A DNA stretch of 64,000 nt from Desulfomonilia bacterium (GTDB lineage Bacteria > Desulfobacterota > Desulfomonilia > UBA1062), in assembly GCA_963664325.2 (NCBI GenBank), contig CAXXDQ010000007.1, positions 864,001-928,000 on the forward strand, given 5' to 3'. Position 1 is the first letter of the stretch, and each line of letters opens with the position of its first letter. The translations under genes and the position numbers were made by a program. The notes under the pieces are model-generated. The model ran no database searches. It was not told where the DNA came from and was given only the letters and a program-made list of their open reading frames with translations. Below, piece by piece: positions 20,479-30,039 of the stretch.

Positions 20479-22344
20479 ATGAGATTAAATTATAAATTTC
20501 TGGTTGTCCTTTTTGCTCTTATGTTTATCTCCAGTAATGCTATGGCCGTTAATGAAGCGGCCCAATGGAACTGGAAAGACGTCAAGGTGGGACTTGAAGG
20601 CAACTATCAGATGTTCGGCAAGTATTTCAATGAACGGGACATCAATTCGTATGACGGCAACCAGAAGCCCAGTTACAATATCTCCCCGCCGCCCTCGCAG
20701 GACATTATTGACAATCCACCCTACAACGGCGCGGCAATAAACGGCCAGACTGATAAAATAGAAGCCTGGCTTGAAAATGAACTTTTCCTTGTACCGTCAA
20801 TTGCATTCACAGACAAACTTACATTCCAGGCACGACTTGATATTGATTATCTGATATTCAGTTCTGACGACAATACCAAAACGCTATACGACCCAATTGA
20901 CCAGGGCAATGGTTATGTACTTTATTCAAAAAAGAAGGCTGACCAGGAAATAAGGCTGACCGAGGCCTTTGTTCAGATGATTACGCCGGTAGGGCTCTTT
21001 GTTGCCGGCCGCTTTAATGACGGCAGCAACGGTCTTGTATGGGCGGCACAGTTTGATGAGGCCCTGCCCGGCTGGACTTTTGCCGTTGCCTGGAACAAGA
21101 AAGCCGAGCAAAAGTATTATTATGAAGACCCTGATGTCCCGTATTACAATCCCAACACCAGAAACGGCGATTACCTGGACAGGGATGACATGGATGAAAT
21201 AAGGGTTGTTACCATATATGAAAAGCCCGATAAGACATTAAAATCAGAGCAGTGGCTTGATTTCCGTCTGGGCGCTTCCAAATCGGCTGCCACCAATATG
21301 AGGATATGCATGCCTCAGTGGAAATTCAATTACAATAAAGGGAACCTGCACTATTCCCATGGTCTTGGAACCGGCCTTGGCACTCTGGCGGAGATAACGA
21401 AAAGCAGTATCGGTGACGATCTTAAAGCCCTCATGGATAATGGTAATGCCCAGGCCCCACCAGGATATTCCTTTCCAAGCTATATACCGGGTTCCGCACA
21501 TTATCTGCCCATAAAAGACATGGGACCTGTCGAAGGTAAAGTGGGCATTGCGCTTTTTGATGTCTCTTACGACATCGGTAAAGTGACTCCTTTTGCAACA
21601 GCTGTTTATACCACAGGCATTACGCACTGGACTGAAATCAATGGATTCCTGTGGGATGAATATAATCCAAAAGGATACAGGACGCCATCCATGCTGAACA
21701 TGATACTTATAGGAGAAGTAGAAGATAAATATTTCAACGTGCTTGTCAATATCGCTACAAAAGAGGCTTTTGACCAGAATGATATATGCTTGAACAACAT
21801 GACTTTGGGAAGACTGGGAGCCAGATACCATTTTGCCAGGAAATGGGAATTCCAGGGACAGGCAGTTGCAGCATGGCGCTCAAATGTTAAATATTTTGAG
21901 GATGAATACTGGTCATCATTCCCAATCAATTACGCCTTATGGTTCCAATATACTGACTACCAGGGTCACAGTATAGTCCCGTTCGTATTTATGGATAATA
22001 GCGTGAAGTATACAACCAACGTGTCGCCATATCTTGGCACAGAACTTACAGGCTTTCTTACTTACAACCTTTTCCCCGGCCTTGATGTTTCATTGATAGG
22101 TTCCTATTTCTGGGCCGGAGATTTCTATAAGGACACGTTGACCCCAAAACCTTATCTGGTTAAGTGGCTTGATACGACTGCGGTTGATCCTGATGTTAAA
22201 GAATATACAATATATGGCCCCAACCTGAGCGCTGACAAATTCGAACTAACAAACGCATGGACTGTCCAGTTCAAGATCGACTTCAAGTTTAATATCAATC
22301 CGACAGCACTTGCCGCCGTGACAAGCACTGAAATGCAGCAATAA
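20479..22344 (+). CDS. Probable outer-membrane beta-barrel protein of unknown function
   Basis: Signal peptide (AMA-V), aromatic amphipathic strands, WTVQFKIDFKF near the C-terminus. Confidence 0.6.
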   Translation: MRLNYKFLVVLFALMFISSNAMAVNEAAQWNWKDVKVGLEGNYQMFGKYFNERDINSYDGNQKPSYNISPPPSQDIIDNPPYNGAAINGQTDKIEAWLENELFLVPSIAFTDKLTFQARLDIDYLIFSSDDNTKTLYDPIDQGNGYVLYSKKKADQEIRLTEAFVQMITPVGLFVAGRFNDGSNGLVWAAQFDEALPGWTFAVAWNKKAEQKYYYEDPDVPYYNPNTRNGDYLDRDDMDEIRVVTIYEKPDKTLKSEQWLDFRLGASKSAATNMRICMPQWKFNYNKGNLHYSHGLGTGLGTLAEITKSSIGDDLKALMDNGNAQAPPGYSFPSYIPGSAHYLPIKDMGPVEGKVGIALFDVSYDIGKVTPFATAVYTTGITHWTEINGFLWDEYNPKGYRTPSMLNMILIGEVEDKYFNVLVNIATKEAFDQNDICLNNMTLGRLGARYHFARKWEFQGQAVAAWRSNVKYFEDEYWSSFPINYALWFQYTDYQGHSIVPFVFMDNSVKYTTNVSPYLGTELTGFLTYNLFPGLDVSLIGSYFWAGDFYKDTLTPKPYLVKWLDTTAVDPDVKEYTIYGPNLSADKFELTNAWTVQFKIDFKFNINPTALAAVTSTEMQQ

Positions 22345-22578
22345 TACTTGAACGAATAGTCAGCAGGTTAAAGCCCGCACGAAAGGCCGGCTCCGGACGG
22401 ATTATTTACTTCCGTGAGAACAGCGCCAATGAATGTATGACTTTTAAAAACCCGCCATTTGCAGGCCTCGATTCTCCAAGATCCGGTTTGTTTGTCCCAT
22501 TTCAGGACCTCAGGCCGGGTATTATCGACCGCTCGGGATGACCTTCAGCTTTTTGCCTGATATTCCGATACGTACTTC

Positions 22579-24066
22579 ATGAAGAAAACACCCCTTGCCG
22601 GATTCGCTCTTGCCTCAATAATCATTTTTTTTCTTGCGGCCTCCTGCTCTGAAAGCGGCAACAGCAGCGCACCTGTTGAGTATACGCCGCCGGCGGACGA
22701 AGACATCAGCTCTTTAGGCTGGGCCGAAGCATTCAGCAAGGCCCATGACAGGTTTTCCATGGAATACGCCTTCACGGACTGGAAGAAAATCGATTTCGAT
22801 GCCCTTTACGAAGAGTTTTATCCGAGGATAGCCCAAGCCGAGGCGTCCCATGATACGAAGTCATATTACCTTGCAATCAGGGAATACCTCTCTAACATTC
22901 ATGACGGCCACATCTCGTTTCCGGCGATAGACGAGACCATCATGAAAGAAGAAGTGGGCTGCAGCTACGGTCTTGCCATATTAGAGCTTGACGACGGACG
23001 GTTCATCGCCGCAAAGCTTTTGCCCGGCGGCCCGGCGGAGACCGCCGGAATTCTTCAGGGCGCGGAAATAACAAGCTGGGACAGCATCCCGGTCGGGGAA
23101 GCGGCGGCCCTGGTTAAACCCATCTGGAAATCGGGCCCGCCCGCAACGAATGATTACGCAAAGATCATAAGGCTCAATTACCTGACCCGCGCACCTTCAG
23201 GAAGCGAGATCACCCTGATATACAAAAATCCCGGAAGCATGTCTTCATCAGAAGCGACACTCACGGCAGCGGATGATTCATATCTAAGCCCGGATATCAC
23301 CCAGTGGTTTGCCAGAAGGCCCACCATGGAACAGGCGAGCCGTTTTCTGGATTACTGCATGCTGCCTCAAGGCTACGGCTATTTGGCCCTTTACATAGAG
23401 CTGGACTTAAACGACCCGTATTCATTGCAGAACCGCGTTATTGACAAGTTCAGGCAGGCCATTGAATACTTTATAAGCAACAATGCCAAAGGCATTATTG
23501 TCGACATCAGGGCGAATTTCGGCGGCTCCGACCAGATGGCGGCGGACATCTGCGGGTTCTTCAATAAAAGAAGGCTCTTTTATGAAAGGACCGTACAGTA
23601 TGATGCAAGGCTCGATGCCTTTGTTGATGTAATGACGGATCCCCAAACACAGATGAGCTTCCTCGGGAAAACCCCTGCCTTCATACGCCCGCAGGAGCCC
23701 TATTACGGGGGTTATGTAGTCGCCCTTGTATCGCCTGGCAACATAAGTTCGGGCGAGGGTGTCGCCATGGGCATAAAGAATCTCGCAAAAGGTAAAGTCA
23801 TTGGCTTTAACGGCACAAACGGCTCGTTCGGTATAGTGGGCGTGCACCTCACGCTGCCCGGGCCATATACCTTCAGATACGCATACGGCCGTTCTCTTGA
23901 CGCTAAAGGCATCGTTCAGCTTGACAGCAACTCTGAGGGCGTCGGCGGCGTCATCCCCGATATCAGGGTCCCTTCCACCTATGACAACATCATCGCCCTG
24001 GCCAACGGGACCGATGTGGAGCTTGCTTATGCCGTTGATTATCTTGACAGTGTCATAAACAACTGA
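22579..24066 (+). CDS. S41 family (tail-specific/CtpA-like) peptidase lipoprotein
   Basis: Lipobox AASC, DGHI, PDZ-like GPAETAGI, IVDIRANFGG, SSGE, GVIPDI. Confidence 0.88.
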   Translation: MKKTPLAGFALASIIIFFLAASCSESGNSSAPVEYTPPADEDISSLGWAEAFSKAHDRFSMEYAFTDWKKIDFDALYEEFYPRIAQAEASHDTKSYYLAIREYLSNIHDGHISFPAIDETIMKEEVGCSYGLAILELDDGRFIAAKLLPGGPAETAGILQGAEITSWDSIPVGEAAALVKPIWKSGPPATNDYAKIIRLNYLTRAPSGSEITLIYKNPGSMSSSEATLTAADDSYLSPDITQWFARRPTMEQASRFLDYCMLPQGYGYLALYIELDLNDPYSLQNRVIDKFRQAIEYFISNNAKGIIVDIRANFGGSDQMAADICGFFNKRRLFYERTVQYDARLDAFVDVMTDPQTQMSFLGKTPAFIRPQEPYYGGYVVALVSPGNISSGEGVAMGIKNLAKGKVIGFNGTNGSFGIVGVHLTLPGPYTFRYAYGRSLDAKGIVQLDSNSEGVGGVIPDIRVPSTYDNIIALANGTDVELAYAVDYLDSVINN

Positions 24067-24164
24067 TGGTATCAGGCCTTGAAATGCCCTCCCCGATTCT
24101 CAAGGCAGGAGCTGACCATCATCCCGGGATGGTTTGGAAGCTCTCTTCCCGTTTAATGATCATG

Positions 24165-24818
24165 CTATTTGAGCGCTTTTTGAATGCCTTTGTCATTGAG
24201 CAGTTCGGTCATTTTCTTCTGGTACCACCCCGGTATGGTGTCCTGCGGCCAGCCGGACTCCACATTTACGATCTCTTTGAGCTTTTTTGAACCCAGGGAT
24301 TTCCTGCTGTTGTCCATGACCTTCAATTCAACGTCTATGATAAGCTCGCTCTTTTCAGCGCCGAAGCTCCTCGGATAGTAGTTGCTCCACCAGTCATTCA
24401 TCACCATCAGTACGAGACGCTGGGCACCTGTCGTTTTCATTTCGGCAAGCATCTCCGAGGCATCCTTTCCTACGAAGGCTTTTGTCAATACGACCTTGAA
24501 GCCTCTTCCGCGCAGAGATTCAGCCATAGTGGAAGCCATCTCATCCGACAGCCTGAGATCGCTCGTTGTCCAGAGGTCGAACGGGTTGCCGTACCCGCCT
24601 CGCATGGTTCCAACAAACCTGGGGTCGTTTTCCCCGCTGATTACATAGGGCCGCTTGTCCAGTACGCCGACCGCCACTGTCCTGGTGCCGCTGTAATTGA
24701 GGTCCGCCTTTACGTTTGAATAATTGATACGATAACTGCTGCCGCAGCCTGCAAGCATCCATGCGGCAAGCATCAAAGAAAACAGTGAAAACATTTTTAC
24801 ATACCGATTCACTCTCAA
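24165..24818 (-). CDS. Lipoprotein (YajG-like)
   Basis: Lipobox LAGC; VLDKR...VGTMRGGYGNP. Confidence 0.7.
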   Translation of the reverse strand: MRVNRYVKMFSLFSLMLAAWMLAGCGSSYRINYSNVKADLNYSGTRTVAVGVLDKRPYVISGENDPRFVGTMRGGYGNPFDLWTTSDLRLSDEMASTMAESLRGRGFKVVLTKAFVGKDASEMLAEMKTTGAQRLVLMVMNDWWSNYYPRSFGAEKSELIIDVELKVMDNSRKSLGSKKLKEIVNVESGWPQDTIPGWYQKKMTELLNDKGIQKALK

Positions 24819-25000
24819 CTCCTTTTCAAGGGTTTATTATATATTGCCTGGATCATAACTACTCATATTTGTCCTTTTTGGTAAACAACAGTCTTTCAGC
24901 ATGTCAGCATGAACAACGGGAATCAATGACCCTGAAGGATACCCCGGGTACCCAAGCCGGCTGAGGATTGCAGTGCAGTAACCGAATTTTTTTCATGCAA

Positions 25001-25903
25001 TCAGCCTGCCGTTTCTTCAATGATTTTTAAAAGCTCGGCTGTTCTTGCAAACTGCAGCATGTGGCCGGTTTCCCTGATCAGGAGGAGCCTGGAGCCGGGG
25101 ATCATCCCGTGAGCTTTTATGGAATGGGACACAGGCACGATCTGATCATCCTCTCCGTGCACAAGAAAAACGGGTTTCGAAATTTTGCCGTAAAGCGACG
25201 ATATCCTGTCCATTTCATAAAGGATTGTTATGTGTTCGCAAGCGAGCGCTTTTACGACCTTGGGCTGCTTCCAGATGGCAAGGCGCTCATCGATATAACC
25301 CGGGGGTATCTCGCTTTCATTGGGATGAGCGGCAGCAAGAATGCCGTCCCTGATCATGCCCGCACCTCCGAAGAGCTTGAACAGCCGGATCAGGGCTGTC
25401 CCGAGAACAGGCGTTTTCAGCAGGTAAAATATCATTTCCGGTTTCCAGCCATCGGTTACGGTTGCAGGGCTTACTGCAACAAACGCCCTGATGTTTTCAG
25501 GATTTCTCACTGCAAGGCCCATTACAATGCTGCCTCCGAAAGATTCACCGGCAACGACAGGATTCTGTAGTTTAAGCTTTTCAATGAGGGCCAGAGCGAA
25601 ATCCGCATTTTCATCGACCGTATACTTGAGATTGTTTCCGGAACTGAAGCCCTGCCCCGGCCTGTCATAAAAGGTCAGCCTGTACCTCCTGGACAGCTCA
25701 TCCTTAACCGGCGCCCACTCTTCAAGCGAACCGGGCGAGCCGTGTATGAACAGAATATCCGGGCCCGATCCGGTCTGGCAACAGCGTATGTGCTGGCCCA
25801 TCACCTCGATATACTGGCCGTCAAATCCTTCGGGTATGCCGTCAGTGCCCGGTGAAAAAATTGAGCAAACCGATGAGTCCGAAACATTAATACGATTCTT
25901 CAC
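25001..25903 (-). CDS. Alpha/beta hydrolase
   Basis: FIHGSPG, DRPGQG, GESFGG nucleophile, HGEDD, TGH. Confidence 0.9.
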   Translation of the reverse strand: MKNRINVSDSSVCSIFSPGTDGIPEGFDGQYIEVMGQHIRCCQTGSGPDILFIHGSPGSLEEWAPVKDELSRRYRLTFYDRPGQGFSSGNNLKYTVDENADFALALIEKLKLQNPVVAGESFGGSIVMGLAVRNPENIRAFVAVSPATVTDGWKPEMIFYLLKTPVLGTALIRLFKLFGGAGMIRDGILAAAHPNESEIPPGYIDERLAIWKQPKVVKALACEHITILYEMDRISSLYGKISKPVFLVHGEDDQIVPVSHSIKAHGMIPGSRLLLIRETGHMLQFARTAELLKIIEETAG

Positions 25904-26102
25904 GGGGCCTCCTTAGCAAACGATATTTCAAGATGATGCTACCAACATCGGATGGAATTGTCCTTATAAATCATGAGCTCCGGCAGGGAAGACCGAAAAG
26001 TAAAGAAACAGAAGATAACTGGCCTTGAAGGCCTGCCTTCTGAATGGAATATGGACGTTTCCTCTGAATATCCTGCAGCCTCAGTGGCGCACCGGGGACC
26101 GG

Positions 26103-26810
26103 TTACTTTTCCAGCGGCAGAGTCAGAGTGGCGCCATACCAGCCGATTGCACCCACTATGGGGATCAATGCAAGGAGAAGTACAAGACAAACGATGGTCT
26201 CGAAGTTCAGCACCGGCTCGATTTCAGGATGGACAAACTCCCACCAGAAGGCCGCTGTCGAGACCGCCAGCATAATAAATGACAGCCGTATTTTCAGTTT
26301 GACCGCTGTTACCGGTTTTGCATCATAATTGAGCCACCATGTGAAATAACCGCTCAGCATGGCCGGGATGGTGAAGATGATTCCCGCCCAGAGACAGTTA
26401 AAAGACGTGCTTTTAAAGGATGCGTTGTCCGTGGCCAGATAAAGGACAAAAAAAAGTGCTGTCGATATTATGAGGGCCACCGGGAAGTGGACAATGGACG
26501 GGTGGGGATGCCTGCGCAAAAACGGATGGCGTTCCAGCAAATCCGTCAGAAATCGAGGCCCCCTGCTCTCCACAGCAGGATGTTTCAGTATGCCGATCTC
26601 GGGATGCTTATCAAGGTTCTCCGGACCGTGAGGCGCTGCGGCAAGCTCATTGCTCAGGTCCCTGCCGGCAAAATGCCTGTTCATATGCAGGCCTTTTTTC
26701 CACATGGGGCTTTTTGTGACGTCAAAGACTTTTCCATTATAGGCCACATAGGCCGGCTGGCCATCACGGCCATTGAATTTTTCCAGTGACTCCGGGTCAA
26801 ATTCCTGCAT
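26103..26810 (-). CDS. Cytochrome b5-like heme-binding domain fused to a DUF2231-like membrane domain
   Basis: YVAYNGKVFDVT, GLHM, APHG; HPSIVHFP followed by TM helices. Confidence 0.85.
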   Translation of the reverse strand: MQEFDPESLEKFNGRDGQPAYVAYNGKVFDVTKSPMWKKGLHMNRHFAGRDLSNELAAAPHGPENLDKHPEIGILKHPAVESRGPRFLTDLLERHPFLRRHPHPSIVHFPVALIISTALFFVLYLATDNASFKSTSFNCLWAGIIFTIPAMLSGYFTWWLNYDAKPVTAVKLKIRLSFIMLAVSTAAFWWEFVHPEIEPVLNFETIVCLVLLLALIPIVGAIGWYGATLTLPLEK

Positions 26811-27119
26811 CGGAATGCTCCTTTCGCCTTAATTATACGAAGCGGGATAAGAAAGGAAAAGGAATATTCAAGAATTTTTAATTATTCTAATTTGTCTCTA
26901 CACCTGTTGAGCAAACCGGATAATTATTTAAGGACACCTGTGGAGCATGATCAAACAGGATATCAATTGACATGAAGGCAAATCAATTGCATATTCAGCG
27001 ACATCCCATCAAATAGATTTTTCATTAGTGTTGGACGAATAGCTGCTTAATCATTATTTCATCTTTAGCCTGGACATCGGGGTTACTTTAAAGCATTTCA
27101 GCTGAAGAGATACTTCAAA

Positions 27120-27890
27120 ATGAAGATTGAACATATCAGAAATGCATGCATGATCATTCATTACAGGGATCAGAATATTCTTGTTGATCCCTGTCTGAAC
27201 AAAAAAGGCAGTTTGCCGCCGTATACCCTTTTTCGCAAGAAGCCGCAGCTTAACCCTACTCTCGATTTGCCCCCTGCCGCTGAATCGGCATTGAGCCGGA
27301 TAACTTGCGGGCTTATTACTCACTGCCGTTATGGGCATTTCGATCATCTTGATAAATCCGGAATCCGGCTTCTGGTGCAGAAGCAGGTTCCCGTATATTG
27401 CAGCAGCCTCGATGAAACATTCCTGAGAAAATGCAGGATCAGATCGATTCCACTTAAGATCAATCAGAAGAACGAATTCCTGTCGGGTATTATCACACCC
27501 TTCCCTACAAAACACGGACACGGGATAATCGATAAATTCATGGGACATGGCGCCGGGTATTTCATTGAATTACCGCAAGACAAAACCATTTATGTCAGCG
27601 GCGATACGGTAATGAACCACACCGTTCGACACATACTCAAGGACCTCAGGCCCGACATCTCAATACTTAATGCAGGAACGGCGACCCTTGACCTTGGCAG
27701 GCCGATTCTTATGCCACTTGACGAAATTATGGATTTCATAAAAGCTGCACCCGGCAAGGTCGTCGCTGTGCATCTGGATGCATTCAATCATTGTCTGACA
27801 ACCCGCAGCATACTTAAAGATGCTGTTTTAAAAGAAGGGTTGTCCGATAAAGTGCTGATCCCGGCAGATGGGGAATCAATGGAGTTTTAA
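27120..27890 (+). CDS. MBL-fold metallo-hydrolase
   Basis: THCRYGHFDHLD, SGDT, VHLDAFNH. Confidence 0.88.
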   Translation: MKIEHIRNACMIIHYRDQNILVDPCLNKKGSLPPYTLFRKKPQLNPTLDLPPAAESALSRITCGLITHCRYGHFDHLDKSGIRLLVQKQVPVYCSSLDETFLRKCRIRSIPLKINQKNEFLSGIITPFPTKHGHGIIDKFMGHGAGYFIELPQDKTIYVSGDTVMNHTVRHILKDLRPDISILNAGTATLDLGRPILMPLDEIMDFIKAAPGKVVAVHLDAFNHCLTTRSILKDAVLKEGLSDKVLIPADGESMEF

Positions 27891-27931
27891 AGCCCGGCGG
27901 ACTAAAGAAAAACAACAGATAAAACCTGGCG

Positions 27932-27961
27932 GGAAGCCCTGCCTTTTAAGGCAGGGCTTCC
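27932..27961. terminator. Probable bidirectional terminator between convergent genes
   Basis: Perfect stem GGAAGCCCTGCCTT-tt-AAGGCAGGGCTTCC. Confidence 0.7.
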
Positions 27962-27968
27962 TTTGAAA

Positions 27969-29126
27969 TCATTTGCTGAATGAGTCTATTATTTCACCGT
28001 CGACATTTACTGCGCTGCAGTTGAGATTGTCGCCGTCAACATCAACGATCATGAAATGGTGCTGAGATTCGACCACCTCAAGCTGAGGCCAGTCTTTCCA
28101 TGCCTCGGTGTCAAGCCCTCCGCCGCCCCCGCCTGTGACAACGAAATAGGTGAAGGGTTCGCCTTCGAGAGGTTCTCTTCCACGTTCGTATGCATGCGTA
28201 TGGCCGTTGAATATGACGTCGACACCGGCCTCTTCGAGAATCGGGATTAAGGTTTCCCTGACAGTCAGATTGCCGTCATAATAATACCCGTTCCACAGTT
28301 CGGTGTATGCGGGATGATGGAAAAATGCGAATTTAAACTTGGCATTCCTGAACTCATCCGACTTGACGAGATTCGCAAGCCAGGCATGCTGGGCCGTATA
28401 CGGGAACCAGACATTTGAATCAATGACTATGAAAATGCTGTTGCCGTAAGAAAATGAGAACCAGTGGTCATTACCGGGCTGTGAAAAGTATTTGTAAAAG
28501 TACGGGGATTCGACTTCATGATTCCCTATCGCCGAGAATACAGGAATCCTGTCGTTGAATTCCATCATCGGAACAAAATATCTGTTTTTCCATTCAGGAA
28601 GGTCCCAGCCGTTTGTTACAAGGTCCCCGACCCCGATTGCGATGTCGGGCTCATATTCCTTCATGAGTCCGAGCAGCTTGCCAAAGATGTCCGGGTTTTC
28701 CTGGGAATCGCCCCATACAGTGAACCTGAACGGTGTATCCGTGTTCGGGGCTGTCCGGAATATGGACTGCGGGCCGGGCATATCTTCCCAGCTGTTTAAA
28801 ATGGCTGACTTGACCTTGTTGAATATCTGGTAGTCGTAATGCGTTTCCGTCGACAGGCCCTCCAGCCTTATTTCATGGAATGTTCTGGCGGTATCTTCGA
28901 CAGCGCTTGAGGACATCGGCTGCATGGAACCTGACACGGTGTAATTGACCATCCCGCGTGTAGGCAAAGTGGTTTCCCAGCAGATCGTGATGCCTTCTTT
29001 CGTTACGTCCTGAAGATACGGGCCCTTGGAAATGTCCGGTTTGGGGCAGCCTGTTAGAAAGATGACTGATGCCAGCAGAATAGCCGAAAAGACAAGATTC
29101 CTTTTTCCCCGTTCAAGATGCTTCAT
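27969..29126 (-). CDS. Purple acid phosphatase-like metallophosphoesterase lipoprotein (FN3-like N-domain)
   Basis: Lipobox LTGC, GDSQ, GDLV, GNHE, HHP, GHTH. Confidence 0.9.
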   Translation of the reverse strand: MKHLERGKRNLVFSAILLASVIFLTGCPKPDISKGPYLQDVTKEGITICWETTLPTRGMVNYTVSGSMQPMSSSAVEDTARTFHEIRLEGLSTETHYDYQIFNKVKSAILNSWEDMPGPQSIFRTAPNTDTPFRFTVWGDSQENPDIFGKLLGLMKEYEPDIAIGVGDLVTNGWDLPEWKNRYFVPMMEFNDRIPVFSAIGNHEVESPYFYKYFSQPGNDHWFSFSYGNSIFIVIDSNVWFPYTAQHAWLANLVKSDEFRNAKFKFAFFHHPAYTELWNGYYYDGNLTVRETLIPILEEAGVDVIFNGHTHAYERGREPLEGEPFTYFVVTGGGGGGLDTEAWKDWPQLEVVESQHHFMIVDVDGDNLNCSAVNVDGEIIDSFSK

Positions 29127-29158
29127 ATTATCTCCTCATATTCTAAAATAATATTGTA

Positions 29159-29191
29159 AATATTAACAGAATATTAACAGAATATTAACAA
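29159..29191 (-). promoter_or_regulatory. Three tandem 11-bp repeats (CTGTTAATATT), Pho-box/OmpR-like
   Basis: AATATTAACAG twice plus AATATTAACAA, directly upstream of the phosphatase gene. Confidence 0.5.
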
Positions 29192-29264
29192 TTTTAAAAG
29201 GGATTTCTCGTCTTTTCAGCGCGTGAACCGATATCAATGGTCCCAGTCCAGAGAAGATTGATGA

Positions 29265-29849
29265 TCAGTCAACCACATGGCTTACCAGCTTGTCTGCAAA
29301 AGCGGCAATCTTTGCGGCAACCTCTTTACGGCCAAGCATGTCCTGCCCGGTATACCCGCCTATTACAAGATGCCCGAGATTTTTCATCCTGTAAAACTCC
29401 GCCATCCTGGTGAAGCCTTCCACGACGAGGTCCGCACCGTCGGACTCGTCACCGCCCGCCGTAATCACCAGGGCGCATTTCCTGCCTTCAAGAAGAGAGA
29501 CCATGGGTTCAATCTCATATTTGCCCAGGCAGAAAAGCCTGTCGATGAAAGGCTTTATCTGGGCTGCGTAGGACCAGAAGAATACCGGGACGGCGAATAC
29601 TATGACTTCAGCGGCAAGAACTTTCTCATACATTTTCTGCATATCGTCTTTTATCTTACATCCCGGTTTTTTCTTTTTTTTCTGGCAGGCAAAGCATTCA
29701 CTGCACGGCTTTATCTCATAATCGGGGAGAAATACTGTCTTTGGTTTAAAGCCTTTTTCTTCGAGTGATCCGCACAATTTTTCAAGCAGGCGGGCCGTGT
29801 TTCCGTGTTTGCGCGGGGAACCGAGAAAAAATGTAATGCCTTGTTTCAT
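29265..29849 (-). CDS. Flavodoxin-like iron-sulfur flavoprotein / NADPH-dependent FMN reductase
   Basis: GSPRKHGNT, CxxCxxC...C, PVFF, KPFIDR. Confidence 0.9.
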   Translation of the reverse strand: MKQGITFFLGSPRKHGNTARLLEKLCGSLEEKGFKPKTVFLPDYEIKPCSECFACQKKKKKPGCKIKDDMQKMYEKVLAAEVIVFAVPVFFWSYAAQIKPFIDRLFCLGKYEIEPMVSLLEGRKCALVITAGGDESDGADLVVEGFTRMAEFYRMKNLGHLVIGGYTGQDMLGRKEVAAKIAAFADKLVSHVVD

Positions 29850-30039
29850 CCTGTCCTCCTTTAATACGTTCATTAATCGCCCTGGTCAGAAAGTATATGC
29901 ACATCTAACATTCTACAATTTGTCCGGTTCTGTCAATTGCAGAGTCTTGACACAGGTGGCCCTTTGGGGTTGTCATTTCCATTTGAGTCTAGTAAAATAT
30001 ATAAGTTGCGTCTGACAATTTATTAGAAGGGGGTATGAT

